From Patescibacteria group bacterium (lineage in GTDB: Bacteria; Patescibacteriota; Patescibacteriia; JAXHNJ01): a stretch of DNA of 64,000 nucleotides. The position numbers and the translations under genes are program-made. Below are positions 55,372 through 64,000 of the stretch, in pieces. How positions within the stretch are numbered: position 1 is the first letter of the stretch; every line of letters begins with the position of its first letter. The notes under the pieces are model-generated. The model was not told where the DNA came from. It ran no database searches and saw only the letters and a program-made list of their open reading frames with translations. The stretch is from NCBI GenBank assembly GCA_041649715.1, contig JBAZMP010000003.1:167690-231689 (forward strand). Direction: 5' to 3'.

Positions 55372-56604
55372 CTACTCTCCCGACCACTCCTCCAGCGTCA
55401 CCTTGACCTCCTTTTCCTGGCCGTCATGCAGAACTTTCAAAGTCACTACGTCGCCCGGACTCTTTTTGGTAATCAATTCGGCTAAACTATTATCGCTGTC
55501 AATTTTTGTGCCGTCAAAAGTCAGGAGAATATCGTTTTCTTCCAAGCCCGCTTTGTCTGCCGGACTGCCGGACATCACCGCGGATTCACTGGCATCACCT
55601 TTGGCTAACAAAGCGCCGTAACTCACTGACAAATTATCCGCCTTTTTTATCTGATCATTAACCAAGATATAGCGCACGCCCAGGTATGGCCGGGTGATTT
55701 TCCCGCTTTTCTGGATGCTTTCAATATCTTTCTTCGCCTCATTAATAGGAATGGCAAAACCGACTAACTGGCCTGAGCTGGAAATCGCCGTATTCACGCC
55801 GACCACCTGGCCGGCCAGATTAAGCAAAGGCCCGCCGGAATTGCCGTAATTGATGGCCGCGTCAGTTTGAATAGTGTTTTCCAATGTTTCCGTCGTGCCG
55901 GAGGTAGAACTTCCCGCTTCAATCGTCCGGGCCAAACCAGACACGATCCCTTGAGTCACCGTATTGCGGTATTCGCCTAGGGCGTTACCGATGGCAATGA
56001 CCGTCTGGCCAATTTGTAGAGCTTCAGAATCGCCGAGCTCCACCGTGGTTAAATTGCTCGCTTCAATTTTCAGGAAAGCCAGATCCTGGGTCGGATCCTT
56101 GGCCAAGACTTCGGCGTCGTATTTTGTCCCGTCGTTTAAAACCACAGAATATTCCGTCGTGGTGTCGGCAACGACATGCTTATTGGTTAATATCAGGCCG
56201 TCAGAGGCGATAATAAAGCCGGTGCCGCCGGAAACTTCCGTTTCGCCTTGGGGCAATTGAGAGGGGTAACCAAAGAAGTATTCAAAGGGTGAATACTGCT
56301 GGTTTTGATAATATTTTGAATAATCCTTGGTGCCGACAATGGAAACCACGGCGTTTTTCACCTTATTGACCACGTCGATGGTCGCCGAATTCTCGGTCAC
56401 GGAAAGAGTCGAAGTGTTGACATTGGCAAAACTTTGGCTGTTTGTTTCCTCGCGGAATATATTCTCTTTAATCCAATTACCCACCTTGCCCTGGTTTAGA
56501 AAATAACCAAAAAATCCGCCGGACAGGCCGCCGATAAAAAAACTAATGATTAAAACCAAAATAATCACCGGCGTTAAACTCGTTTTTTTGTTTTCTGCCT
56601 CCAT
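55372..56604 (-). CDS. HtrA/DegP-family serine protease with PDZ domain, membrane-anchored
   Basis: N-terminal TM; catalytic His (LTNKHVV), Asp, Ser (GNSGGPLLN); C-terminal PDZ. Confidence 0.8.
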   Translation of the reverse strand: MEAENKKTSLTPVIILVLIISFFIGGLSGGFFGYFLNQGKVGNWIKENIFREETNSQSFANVNTSTLSVTENSATIDVVNKVKNAVVSIVGTKDYSKYYQNQQYSPFEYFFGYPSQLPQGETEVSGGTGFIIASDGLILTNKHVVADTTTEYSVVLNDGTKYDAEVLAKDPTQDLAFLKIEASNLTTVELGDSEALQIGQTVIAIGNALGEYRNTVTQGIVSGLARTIEAGSSTSGTTETLENTIQTDAAINYGNSGGPLLNLAGQVVGVNTAISSSGQLVGFAIPINEAKKDIESIQKSGKITRPYLGVRYILVNDQIKKADNLSVSYGALLAKGDASESAVMSGSPADKAGLEENDILLTFDGTKIDSDNSLAELITKKSPGDVVTLKVLHDGQEKEVKVTLEEWSGE

Positions 56605-56651
56605 ATTTTTACTAATTAATTATTAGTAATATAAAGATATAATAATTTTTG

Positions 56652-56665
56652 ACGTGCGTCAAGAA
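56652..56665. promoter_or_regulatory. perfect 14-bp palindrome TTGACGTGCGTCAA overlapping -35 of putative htrA promoter (candidate operator)
   Basis: On minus strand TTGACG -N17- TATCTT precedes htrA ATG by ~35 nt; palindrome overlaps the -35. Confidence 0.4.
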
Positions 56666-56795
56666 TTAAATAATAACAGTTTTTTAAATAATATTAGAGG
56701 AAAAAATTGATAATTTTCATACCAAATTCACAATTATGATTATACCAAAAAGAACCGTCTTCACAGCCATGGAAAAATTGCCCAGTCAACGAGAA

Positions 56796-56858
56796 GAGCG
56801 GATTCAGAATCCGCTCTTCTCCATCAAACGGATGGTAGGCTGATCAGCCTACCATCCA
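56796..56858. repeat. two adjacent perfect palindromes (GAGAAGAGCGGATT-cag-AATCCGCTCTTCTC; GGATGGTAGGCT-GATC-AGCCTACCATCC)
   Basis: 14-bp and 12-bp perfect stems 7 nt apart, between 56911 gene stop and htrA promoter; no adjacent T-run. Confidence 0.6.
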
Positions 56859-56910
56859 GAAATATTATTTCACCAGCTTTTTCTCAAAATCCACGCCCCT
56901 CTCTCGCCCC

Positions 56911-57159
56911 CTATTTCTTGTGGAATAATCGTCTTTTTTCGATATAGGCTAACTTCCACCAAAACCGGCCTAAAAAATAGCCGCCGATCAAGCCAGCAAT
57001 GACCAAACTGATCTGCAGCCAGTAAGGCAGGGCGCAGCCGTGATGCCAGGTTATTTCTTTGGCATATTTTAAATACATGGCTTCAATGCCGGCGTGCAAG
57101 ATGAAACTTAAAAGCAAACCCAGAATGACGCTTAAAATCAGATATGCTATTCGTTTCAT
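56911..57159 (-). CDS. small membrane protein, hypothetical
   Basis: 2 TM helices; start set at MKRIAYL giving ATGA overlap with upstream gene. Confidence 0.4.
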   Translation of the reverse strand: MKRIAYLILSVILGLLLSFILHAGIEAMYLKYAKEITWHHGCALPYWLQISLVIAGLIGGYFLGRFWWKLAYIEKRRLFHKK

Positions 57160-57647
57160 AATATTCCGGCCTTGGATTTGGCTATTTTTTCCAATCCCTG
57201 GCATAACTTATTTATCATTTCCTGACTGGTTTTTTTATGCGTCAGCTCCAGGAAAAAACCAGCGCCGCCTAAGATGACGAGCCCCGGATAAGCGAAGGGG
57301 GAAGGAACAAAATAGACCGCCGCCAGAGCCAGGGCGAGCCAAAAACGGATAAGAGTATGTCTTTTTGTTAATTGGCGCATAAGACCCTCCATCTCATTTG
57401 GCAAATGAAGGATGTTATTACCCATTAAATTTATTTTTTTTCTTTTAGTTTCCTGCGAAACCTTGGGAACAACCAGGATGATAACCACGATAACAATGCC
57501 CAAATAAACCGCCATTCCGGTTATTTTCGTGATAGCCGCCATGAGGACGAGAAGACTGTCCAAACTTAACCAAACCCTCCTCTCATAGGCTTCGAGGGCT
57601 AATAATTTTTCACCTAATTCTTTGGGGGTTAACAATAATTCAACCAT
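57156..57647 (-). CDS. hypothetical membrane protein
   Basis: 4 predicted TM helices; start set at MVELLL to avoid overlap with lipoprotein gene. Confidence 0.4.
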   Translation of the reverse strand: MVELLLTPKELGEKLLALEAYERRVWLSLDSLLVLMAAITKITGMAVYLGIVIVVIILVVPKVSQETKRKKINLMGNNILHLPNEMEGLMRQLTKRHTLIRFWLALALAAVYFVPSPFAYPGLVILGGAGFFLELTHKKTSQEMINKLCQGLEKIAKSKAGIL

Positions 57648-57666
57648 GAATATGTAATGGTTTATT

Positions 57667-57876
57667 TTAAGGGTTTGCCGACTCGCCGGAAAGAGGCTTT
57701 TCTGAGACCGTCGGCATATCCTCCTCTCCCGCGACCTGGCCGGTCGAAAGGGTATTATCTTCAATATTTTGATTTACGGGCGTGGACAGCCTGGTCTTAG
57801 TCTTAACACTCTCCCCGCAACCAGCTAAGGTAAGAACCAATATGGCCAAAGCAATGATAAAAAAATATTTTTTCAT
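57667..57876 (-). CDS. small lipoprotein (69 aa)
   Basis: Lipobox LTLAGC after signal peptide. Confidence 0.45.
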   Translation of the reverse strand: MKKYFFIIALAILVLTLAGCGESVKTKTRLSTPVNQNIEDNTLSTGQVAGEEDMPTVSEKPLSGESANP

Positions 57877-57911
57877 ACTTTATTACAATTTACCCTAAAA
57901 AGCGGATAAAA

Positions 57912-58220
57912 TCAAGGAGATAAAAATAAATGTTCTGTAAATTCAAAAATCTTTTCACCGGCAAACTTAACACCCTCTTTCTTTAAAAGTAGAATCTTTT
58001 TTTTATTTCCACCGGCAAAACCGCCGGCTTGCCCATCTGATCTTATGACTCGGTGGCAGGGCACTTTCGGCGCATACGGATTTTTATTCAAGGCATTGCC
58101 TACCGCCCTAAAGGCCTTGGGCTTATTAATCGCTTTGGCCAAAAGCTTGTAGGTTGTAATTTTCCCTTTCGGAATCTTGCGGCAGGCCAGCCAGACTTTT
58201 TCCTGAAAATCTGTTGACAT
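57912..58220 (-). CDS. ogt: methylated-DNA--protein-cysteine methyltransferase (Ogt/MGMT, DNA-binding catalytic domain only)
   Basis: Active-site motif VPCHRVIRSDG, upstream HTH YKLLAKAI. Confidence 0.75.
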   Translation of the reverse strand: MSTDFQEKVWLACRKIPKGKITTYKLLAKAINKPKAFRAVGNALNKNPYAPKVPCHRVIRSDGQAGGFAGGNKKKILLLKKEGVKFAGEKIFEFTEHLFLSP

Positions 58221-58267
58221 AATAAAAAAACTCCTTTTAAACCCTAAAATAGGGCTGACTTAGAGAA

Positions 58268-59170
58268 TTACGGAGTTAATATCGTGGGCAGATCGACGAA
58301 TGAATAACCCCGATTTTTTATCTCATTGATCAGGTCCGGTAAAAACTGCGGGACCAGTTTTGTGCCCGCCTGCATGACGACGATCGTACCGTCTTTCAAG
58401 TTATCCAAAACGCGGGTCTTGGCGCCGTCCGCGGTCTGTGAGGTATCCCAATCGTAGGCGTCAACCGTCCAAAGCACCGGGCAATAGCCGTCATTTTTTA
58501 CGGTGGTAAAAATACTGTCACTGATCTCCCCGTACGGCGGCCGGAAAAAGGGCTTTGATGATTTTCCAGTCGCGGAAATACAGGCGTCATCCGTTCTTTT
58601 CAATTGACTGGTCAGGTCCTCGGCGCTCAAAGACACGATATGGGAATAGTCATAACTTAAATTATAAATGGAAAAACCCTGGTCACTTAAGCTCTTCACC
58701 GCTTCCTTATTCTCGCTAATTAACTCACCGGTCATGAAAAAACTGGCCGGCACACTGCTAGTTTTTAAGATATCGGAAATCTGGGCAAGATTATCCGTTT
58801 TTGAGGCGCCGTTAAAAGTCAGGGTCACCTGCTTCCGGTTCTGGCCGCGGGAAAAAGCGGCGCGGCAATTATCCAGATTAAAGGAAGTGCTGGGCGCGAC
58901 TGAAACATTAGTATTGGCATTGGCATTGGCGCTAATATCAAGATTACTGTTTGCATTTACATTTACATTGACATTAGCATTGGTGTTAGGGCTGGTCGTT
59001 TCTTTTTTGCCGAAGCAACCCTTAAAGATCCAGATGGCAATCAAGATGAGGATAATCCATAAGACAAACTTAAAAATCTTGGAACCTGAAGATTCCCTTT
59101 TCAAGCGGTATTTCTGATATTGCTGCAAATCGGCCATAGTAGCTTTTTTAGGCGGCCTTAATCGCTTCAA
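58268..59170 (-). CDS. polysaccharide deacetylase (CE4/NodB-homology) with N-terminal TM and NANxNV low-complexity linker
   Basis: NodB motifs (TFDDG-like region degenerate; HSxxH-like; PPYG) in C-terminal 200 aa. Confidence 0.65.
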   Translation of the reverse strand: MKRLRPPKKATMADLQQYQKYRLKRESSGSKIFKFVLWIILILIAIWIFKGCFGKKETTSPNTNANVNVNVNANSNLDISANANANTNVSVAPSTSFNLDNCRAAFSRGQNRKQVTLTFNGASKTDNLAQISDILKTSSVPASFFMTGELISENKEAVKSLSDQGFSIYNLSYDYSHIVSLSAEDLTSQLKRTDDACISATGKSSKPFFRPPYGEISDSIFTTVKNDGYCPVLWTVDAYDWDTSQTADGAKTRVLDNLKDGTIVVMQAGTKLVPQFLPDLINEIKNRGYSFVDLPTILTP

Positions 59171-59699
59171 CAGGCTGCTTATTTAAGTATACCACTAATT
59201 CATAAATTCCGAAAAACAGGCCGACGAAGAACAGGTCGCCTAAAACAGAGTTTCGGAAAAAGGGAACAGCCATGGCGAAACATTGGCCCAAACCGGCTAG
59301 TGTTTTAGGGTACCAGGCGCCGGCCGCCCAAACGGCAAAATTGGTGGTCAGGAAAAACAAGAAAGAGGAAGCAAGCGTGCCCGAAAATACGGTCGTCAAA
59401 CCCTTTCTCTTCCGGATAAACAAACCGATCAAACCCGCTAAAATAAAACTGCCCCAAACGGTTAACATCACGGGCCACTCGTAAAAACCAATGAAGATAT
59501 CGGCGATCACCTCGGCCGCCAAAGGAATTAATATGGCGTATTTTTTGCCTAAATACACGCCCCCAAACAAGGCCAAGGCGGCCACCGGGGCGAAATTGGC
59601 CGGCAACGGCAGAATCCTTTCATGTGACAAGACTCGGATCAAAACGGCGAAAATCACCAAAATATAAGGCAAGATCTCCCAGTTTTTTATTTTTTTCAT
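59148..59699 (-). CDS. membrane protein, possible ECF-type S component (cobalamin/corrinoid-related by context)
   Basis: 5-6 TM helices, small size, downstream of DUF4430 gene under cobalamin riboswitch. Confidence 0.4.
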   Translation of the reverse strand: MKKIKNWEILPYILVIFAVLIRVLSHERILPLPANFAPVAALALFGGVYLGKKYAILIPLAAEVIADIFIGFYEWPVMLTVWGSFILAGLIGLFIRKRKGLTTVFSGTLASSFLFFLTTNFAVWAAGAWYPKTLAGLGQCFAMAVPFFRNSVLGDLFFVGLFFGIYELVVYLNKQPVEAIKAA

Positions 59700-59733
59700 A
59701 AGATTTTCTCCTAAATTTATCTTCTAATTTTTA

Positions 59734-60201
59734 TTACATTTTGGAAAATTTGAATTCTACTTTGTCGCCGCCGCGTACCTGATAGGCGTCAATGCCGACG
59801 TTCGCCTCCTGGTCATTAACCGTATAGGTCCAGTATTGGCCGTCGGTACCGTTTTTATAACCGTTGAGCTCTTCCAAAAGCGTGCCGAAATCATATGCCT
59901 TTATTGTATAGCTCAAATCTTTGTTCTGCGCCCCTTTTTCCAAGAGCGAAAGAACGGTTACCGGTCCAGTCACCTCAAAGCTAAGCTCTTCGGTTTTTTG
60001 TCCGTTGTTGATGACAAAATTAACCAAGGGCGAAACCGTGAAAACACCGGCGACCTCGCCCCGGTTAACCGCTACGACCGGCTTAAATGAAAGTTTATCG
60101 ATCTCATTGTTTGTTTTGTTCGCCTGCGCGTTAAAAACCACGCCCAGGACAAAAGCCAGTAAAACAAAAATGCTTAATTTTAACTTACCGTTTTTTAACA
60201 T
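59734..60201 (-). CDS. DUF4430-domain secreted protein (B12-associated)
   Basis: Signal peptide; C-terminal YWTYTVNDQEANVGIDAYQVRGGDKVEFKF pattern of DUF4430. Confidence 0.55.
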   Translation of the reverse strand: MLKNGKLKLSIFVLLAFVLGVVFNAQANKTNNEIDKLSFKPVVAVNRGEVAGVFTVSPLVNFVINNGQKTEELSFEVTGPVTVLSLLEKGAQNKDLSYTIKAYDFGTLLEELNGYKNGTDGQYWTYTVNDQEANVGIDAYQVRGGDKVEFKFSKM

Positions 60202-60254
60202 AATTTTTCCTTTAAAAAAACCCTTTCAACTTTTCGGTTTTAGGGTTTCATAAA

Positions 60255-60455
60255 TGATTAAATCCTTTCGACCGAAGGCTTTTACTTAAGGTATCCTGGC
60301 TTACAGAGGATTGGCTCATCTTTCCCTTCCCCCCAACCTCCTTCCTAGACGGAAAGCGTTAGAAGTGGTTTAAAAGACTGGCTTCTCTGTTTACAGTGAC
60401 GGGATCGCGCCGGATTCACACCGGACTTCCCTTTTTCTTGGTCTTAACTTTCAAC
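60255..60455 (-). promoter_or_regulatory. cobalamin (AdoCbl) riboswitch with terminator-type expression platform
   Basis: Minus-strand RNA reads AAAAAGGGAAGTCCGGTGTGAATCCGGCGCGATCCCGTCACTGTAAACAG...GTAAGCCAGGATACCTTAAG (B12-box) followed by AAACCCT-loop-AGGGTTT-T7 terminator and SD AAAGGA before DUF4430 ATG. Confidence 0.7.
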
Positions 60456-60472
60456 CAAGAAATATTAAATTT

Positions 60473-60979
60473 TTAATATTCGATGCCTTTTCGGGCCCTT
60501 ACTCCCTGATTGAAGTAATGCTTGACGGCCCGCATTTCTGTGACTAAATCCGCTTGTTCAAGTATCTTACCACAGGCGCCTCGGCCTGTCAAAATAATTT
60601 CTGTGGATAAAGATTTACCCTTGATAAGCTTTAAAATATCCGCCGGGGCAATTAACTTGAGTTTGGCCGCGACATTTATTTCATCCAGTATCACCAGGTC
60701 AGATCTTCCTTCTTTGACCATCCGGCCGGCATAAGCCAGGGCCTCACGCGCCGCTTTCCGGTCTATGGCGCTCGGCCTGCTAAAATTAACAAAAGCCCGC
60801 CGGCCGAATTGTTTGACGGTTATGTTTTTGAATTTTTTTAACGCTTTGACCTCGCCAAAATCCCCTTTTTTCATGAACTGGATCAGGCAGACTTTTTTCC
60901 CCTGGCCCAAGGCCCTTAAGGCCTGCCCTAAAGCGGCCGTGGTCTTTCCCTTGCCGTCGCCGGTATAGACCTGGATCAT
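60473..60979 (-). CDS. btuR: cob(I)yrinic acid a,c-diamide / cob(I)alamin adenosyltransferase (CobA/BtuR family)
   Basis: [37 protein letters not shown] P-loop region. Confidence 0.8.
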   Translation of the reverse strand: [168 protein letters not shown]

Positions 60980-60983
60980 AAAA

Positions 60984-63239
60984 TTAGCCCAGTGAACAGG
61001 CCGACCAGCCGCAATGCGTGCAGGTCTTGCAGCCTTCCTTAATTTCTAAGCGAGCCCCGCACTCCGGACACTTGGCCTTATCCACCATTTTTAAAATTTT
61101 GACTTCTTCTTGCGTGGTCCGCGGCGCAATCCCTTCTGTCTTCGTTTCCTTTCCTTCCGCGCCTTTTTTGCCTGTTTCAATATTTAGAACCTGGGCCTCT
61201 CGGCTACGATCACGATAAATGGTGACTCCCTTACAACCCAACTTAAAAGCCAGCATATAAACTTTTTCCACGTCTTCGGTGGTCGCCTCATGCGTAAAAT
61301 TAACGGTTTTGGAGACCGCATTATCGGTATATTTCTGAAAAGCCCCTTGCATTTTTATGTGCTCTTCCGGCGTGATATCGTGAGCCGTGACAAAAACTTT
61401 TTTCACCTTTTCGGGAATCTCGCTAAAATCCTGCAAGGTGCCTTTTTCTGCGATCCGGCGCATCAATTCATCCGAGTAAAAACCGCCCGCCCGGGCCACT
61501 TCCTCAAAAAAGGGATTTACTTCCACTAATTCATCGCCTTCGTCGAGTAAATGGCGCCGCACGTAAGAAATGGCGAAAATCGGCTCCACGCCCGAAGAAC
61601 AGCCGGCGATAATGGAGATAGTGCCGGTCGGCGCGATCGTGGTCAAGGTCGCATTGCGTAATTTAGGACCTTTGGTCTTATAATATATGCTTTGAGCATA
61701 AGCCGGAAAAGCTCCCCTGATCTCCGCCATATTTTGCGAAGCGATCTTCGCCTCATCACTGATAAATTTCATCAGCTTCTCGCCCAATTTCAGGGCGGCG
61801 GGAGAATTATAAGGAATTTCCAAAATTAAGAGCATGTCGGCGAAACCCATCACCCCTAGACCGACTTTGCGGTTTTTTTCCACCATTTGCTCAATCTGTT
61901 CCAAGGGATACCGGTTCATGTCAATCACGTTATCCAGAAAATGAATGGCCGTATGGACAGTTCTCTTTAATTTTTCATAGTCTACTTCTTTATCCTTAAC
62001 CATTTTGGCTAAATTTATCGAACCCAAATTGCACGATTCAAAAGGCAATAAAGGCTGCTCGCCGCAAGGGTTGGTCGATTCGATCTTGCCCTCTTTTGGC
62101 GTGGGGTTGAATTCATTTATCCGGTCGATAAAAACAATCCCCGGCTCGCCGTTTTTCCAGGCCATGGTCACGATAAGGTCAAAAACCTTGCGGGCGGAAA
62201 GGCGAGAGGCGACCAGATTCGAGCGCGGATTGATTAATTCATATTCCTTGTTCTTTTCCGCCGCTTTCATAAATTCATCGGTTAAGGCGACGGAAATATT
62301 AAAATTGGACAATTCCCCCTCTTTTTCTTTCGCCGTGATAAACTCCAAGATATCGGGATGATCAACCCGCAATATCCCCATGTTGGCCCCCCGCCTCGTC
62401 CCTCCCTGTTTGACCGCTTCGGTGGCGGCGTTAAAAACCTTCATAAAGGAGATGGGGCCGGAAGCGACGCCGCCCGTTGTTTTGACGATATCCCCCTTGG
62501 GCCGGAGCTTCGAAAAAGAAAAGCCGGTGCCGCCGCCGGATTGGTGGATAATGGCGGTGTTTTTTATTGTTTCAAAAATACCGGTGATAGAATCGTCCAC
62601 GGGCAAAACAAAACAGGCGGAAAGCTGCTGTAAATCCTTGCCCGCGTTCATCAAAGTGGGAGAGTTCGGCAAGAATTCAAAACTGGACATCATGTCAAAA
62701 AACTCGCGAGCGGTCTGCTCGACATCGATCTCCTGATGATACAAAGTTTTATATAATTTGTCAGCATAGGCGATATTATTCGCCACCCTTTTGAACATTT
62801 CCTCCGGTGTTTCAGTCACTTGCCCCTGCCCGTCTTTAAGCAGATAGCGCTTGCGCAAAACCGTCATGGCGTTCGGCGTCGACTTCACTTCTACCCGGTA
62901 CCCTTTGAGCATCTGCCTCGCCTCGCGGATTTCCTTATGTTTTTGCCGGTAGATGATATAAGCCTTGGCCATTTCCGCCTGCTTATCCCGGATTAATACC
63001 TCCTCGACAATATCCTGGACTCCTTCCACGGAAGGGAGGCTATTTTCCGGCAGTCTTTCCCGCAAAATGGTTACGGTCTGCTCGGCCAGTCTTTTTGACA
63101 GGCTCCGATTGGGCTTGCCGATCGCGCGCGAACACTTGAAAATCGCTTCGGTGATTTTATTCACGTCAAAGGGAACTACCCGGCCGTCTCTCTTGCGGAT
63201 TTCCGTTAATTTATTTTTTTTGAACAATGAAGCTTCCAT
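60984..63239 (-). CDS. nrdJ: adenosylcobalamin-dependent ribonucleotide reductase (class II, NrdJ) with N-terminal ATP-cone and C-terminal zinc ribbon
   Basis: ATP-cone ([13 protein letters not shown]), catalytic core with NPCGEQPL, C-terminal CPECG...CKTCTHCG. Confidence 0.85.
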   Translation of the reverse strand: MEASLFKKNKLTEIRKRDGRVVPFDVNKITEAIFKCSRAIGKPNRSLSKRLAEQTVTILRERLPENSLPSVEGVQDIVEEVLIRDKQAEMAKAYIIYRQKHKEIREARQMLKGYRVEVKSTPNAMTVLRKRYLLKDGQGQVTETPEEMFKRVANNIAYADKLYKTLYHQEIDVEQTAREFFDMMSSFEFLPNSPTLMNAGKDLQQLSACFVLPVDDSITGIFETIKNTAIIHQSGGGTGFSFSKLRPKGDIVKTTGGVASGPISFMKVFNAATEAVKQGGTRRGANMGILRVDHPDILEFITAKEKEGELSNFNISVALTDEFMKAAEKNKEYELINPRSNLVASRLSARKVFDLIVTMAWKNGEPGIVFIDRINEFNPTPKEGKIESTNPCGEQPLLPFESCNLGSINLAKMVKDKEVDYEKLKRTVHTAIHFLDNVIDMNRYPLEQIEQMVEKNRKVGLGVMGFADMLLILEIPYNSPAALKLGEKLMKFISDEAKIASQNMAEIRGAFPAYAQSIYYKTKGPKLRNATLTTIAPTGTISIIAGCSSGVEPIFAISYVRRHLLDEGDELVEVNPFFEEVARAGGFYSDELMRRIAEKGTLQDFSEIPEKVKKVFVTAHDITPEEHIKMQGAFQKYTDNAVSKTVNFTHEATTEDVEKVYMLAFKLGCKGVTIYRDRSREAQVLNIETGKKGAEGKETKTEGIAPRTTQEEVKILKMVDKAKCPECGARLEIKEGCKTCTHCGWSACSLG

Positions 63240-63377
63240 TCGTATTCTCGTTTATTTCCACGATTGATTATTAGCAAAAAAATAGACCCTAAAAACAAGA
63301 AAAGGTCAAGAATTTTAAAAGTCAAAAAGAAACGATTATTTTTCCCAACAGTCTTCTTCTTCACCTTTAAAATTCTT

Positions 63378-64000
63378 CTACATCATTTTCTTACGGATAA
63401 AGGCGGGAATCTCTAATTCCTCCTCTTCCTTGGTTTTTTTAGGTGCTTCTTCTTGGGCCGGTGGCATTCTTTTATCCGGTTTATAGGCGGGGATGAATGT
63501 TTTTTCCGGCCGCTTAAGCTCTTCAAAGGGGGTGACCGGGGTTGGAGCAACCTTTTTGACCGATTTCATTCCTTTGCCGAAACCAGTGGCGATCACCGTT
63601 ATCTTTACTTCGTCGCCCATCGCTTCATCAATAACCGAACCGAAAATTATCTTCGCCTCGGAATCAGCGGAGGCGGTGATCACTCTCGCCGCTTCATTAA
63701 CCTCGTACATGCTCAAATTCGGTCCGCCGGTGATGGTAAATAAAATTCCCTTCGCCCCATCAATCGAAAGTTCCAAGAGAGGGCTGTCAATGGCGGCTTT
63801 GGCCGCGTCCACCGCCCGGTTCTCACCCGAAGCCTGGCCGATACCCATCAAGGCCGAACCGGTATCCGCCATAATCGCCTTCACATCGGCGAAATCCACA
63901 TTAATCAAACCAGGAACAGTAATCAATTCCGCAATACCTTGGACGCCCTGGCGTAAAACATCGTCCACCACGGCAAAAGCGTCTAAGAGACTGGTTTTTT
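63378..64000 (-). CDS. ftsZ: cell division protein FtsZ (C-terminal part; N-terminus beyond window end)
   Basis: ...[41 protein letters not shown]7 loop region, C-terminal conserved peptide [13 protein letters not shown]. Confidence 0.9.
   Translation of the reverse strand, partial: KTSLLDAFAVVDDVLRQGVQGIAELITVPGLINVDFADVKAIMADTGSALMGIGQASGENRAVDAAKAAIDSPLLELSIDGAKGILFTITGGPNLSMYEVNEAARVITASADSEAKIIFGSVIDEAMGDEVKITVIATGFGKGMKSVKKVAPTPVTPFEELKRPEKTFIPAYKPDKRMPPAQEEAPKKTKEEEELEIPAFIRKKMM

Overview
This 64-kb window comes from a compact bacterial genome. About 85% of the genes are on the minus strand, and Shine-Dalgarno sites are present but not universal. The overall gene content (short-form aminoacyl-tRNA synthetases, few biosynthetic genes, several giant repeat-rich surface proteins) is consistent with a reduced-genome, possibly Patescibacteria/CPR-like organism; that placement is inference only. 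Standard code 11 is supported by a prfB gene with the classic UGA-dependent +1 frameshift site. Recognisable housekeeping content includes: a UvrD-like helicase (partial); purA-guaB; RmuC; TatD; CvpA; MetRS; RsmI; an AI-2E transporter; an M16 peptidase; GlyRS; a membrane-anchored Clp/Hsp100 ATPase; TGT; RecO; IleRS; ArgRS; SmpB followed by tmRNA; infC-rpmI-rplT; tRNA-Asp(GUC); an IMPase-family protein; VanZ; an SPFH protein; a split ComEC; an archaeal-type FBP aldolase/phosphatase; an IS200-like transposase; RF2; a histidine kinase / response regulator / ABC (FtsX-type) module; HtrA; Ogt; a CE4 deacetylase; a cobalamin riboswitch-controlled DUF4430/S-component pair; BtuR; class II (B12-dependent) RNR; and an FtsZ C-terminus (partial). 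The most unusual items are listed here. (1) The IleRS carries a complete histidine-phosphatase (PGAM/SixA/CobC-like, RHAES motif) domain inserted between its two zinc-knuckle halves. (2) The Clp/Hsp100 ATPase has an N-terminal zinc ribbon plus two transmembrane helices and lacks both the M-domain and the ClpP-docking loop. (3) Several compositionally aberrant islands encode uncharacterised small proteins: a two-gene cysteine-rich small-protein operon with its own promoter and terminator beside a low-GC methyltransferase; tandem paralogous small membrane proteins beside a 384-aa orphan; and two paralogous 'CWP-motif' small proteins after rplT. (4) There are recurrent intergenic repeat and palindrome families. 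(5) The IS200-like tnpA carries an in-frame GC-rich palindromic insertion and abuts the 5' end of comEC. No rRNA genes or CRISPR arrays are present.
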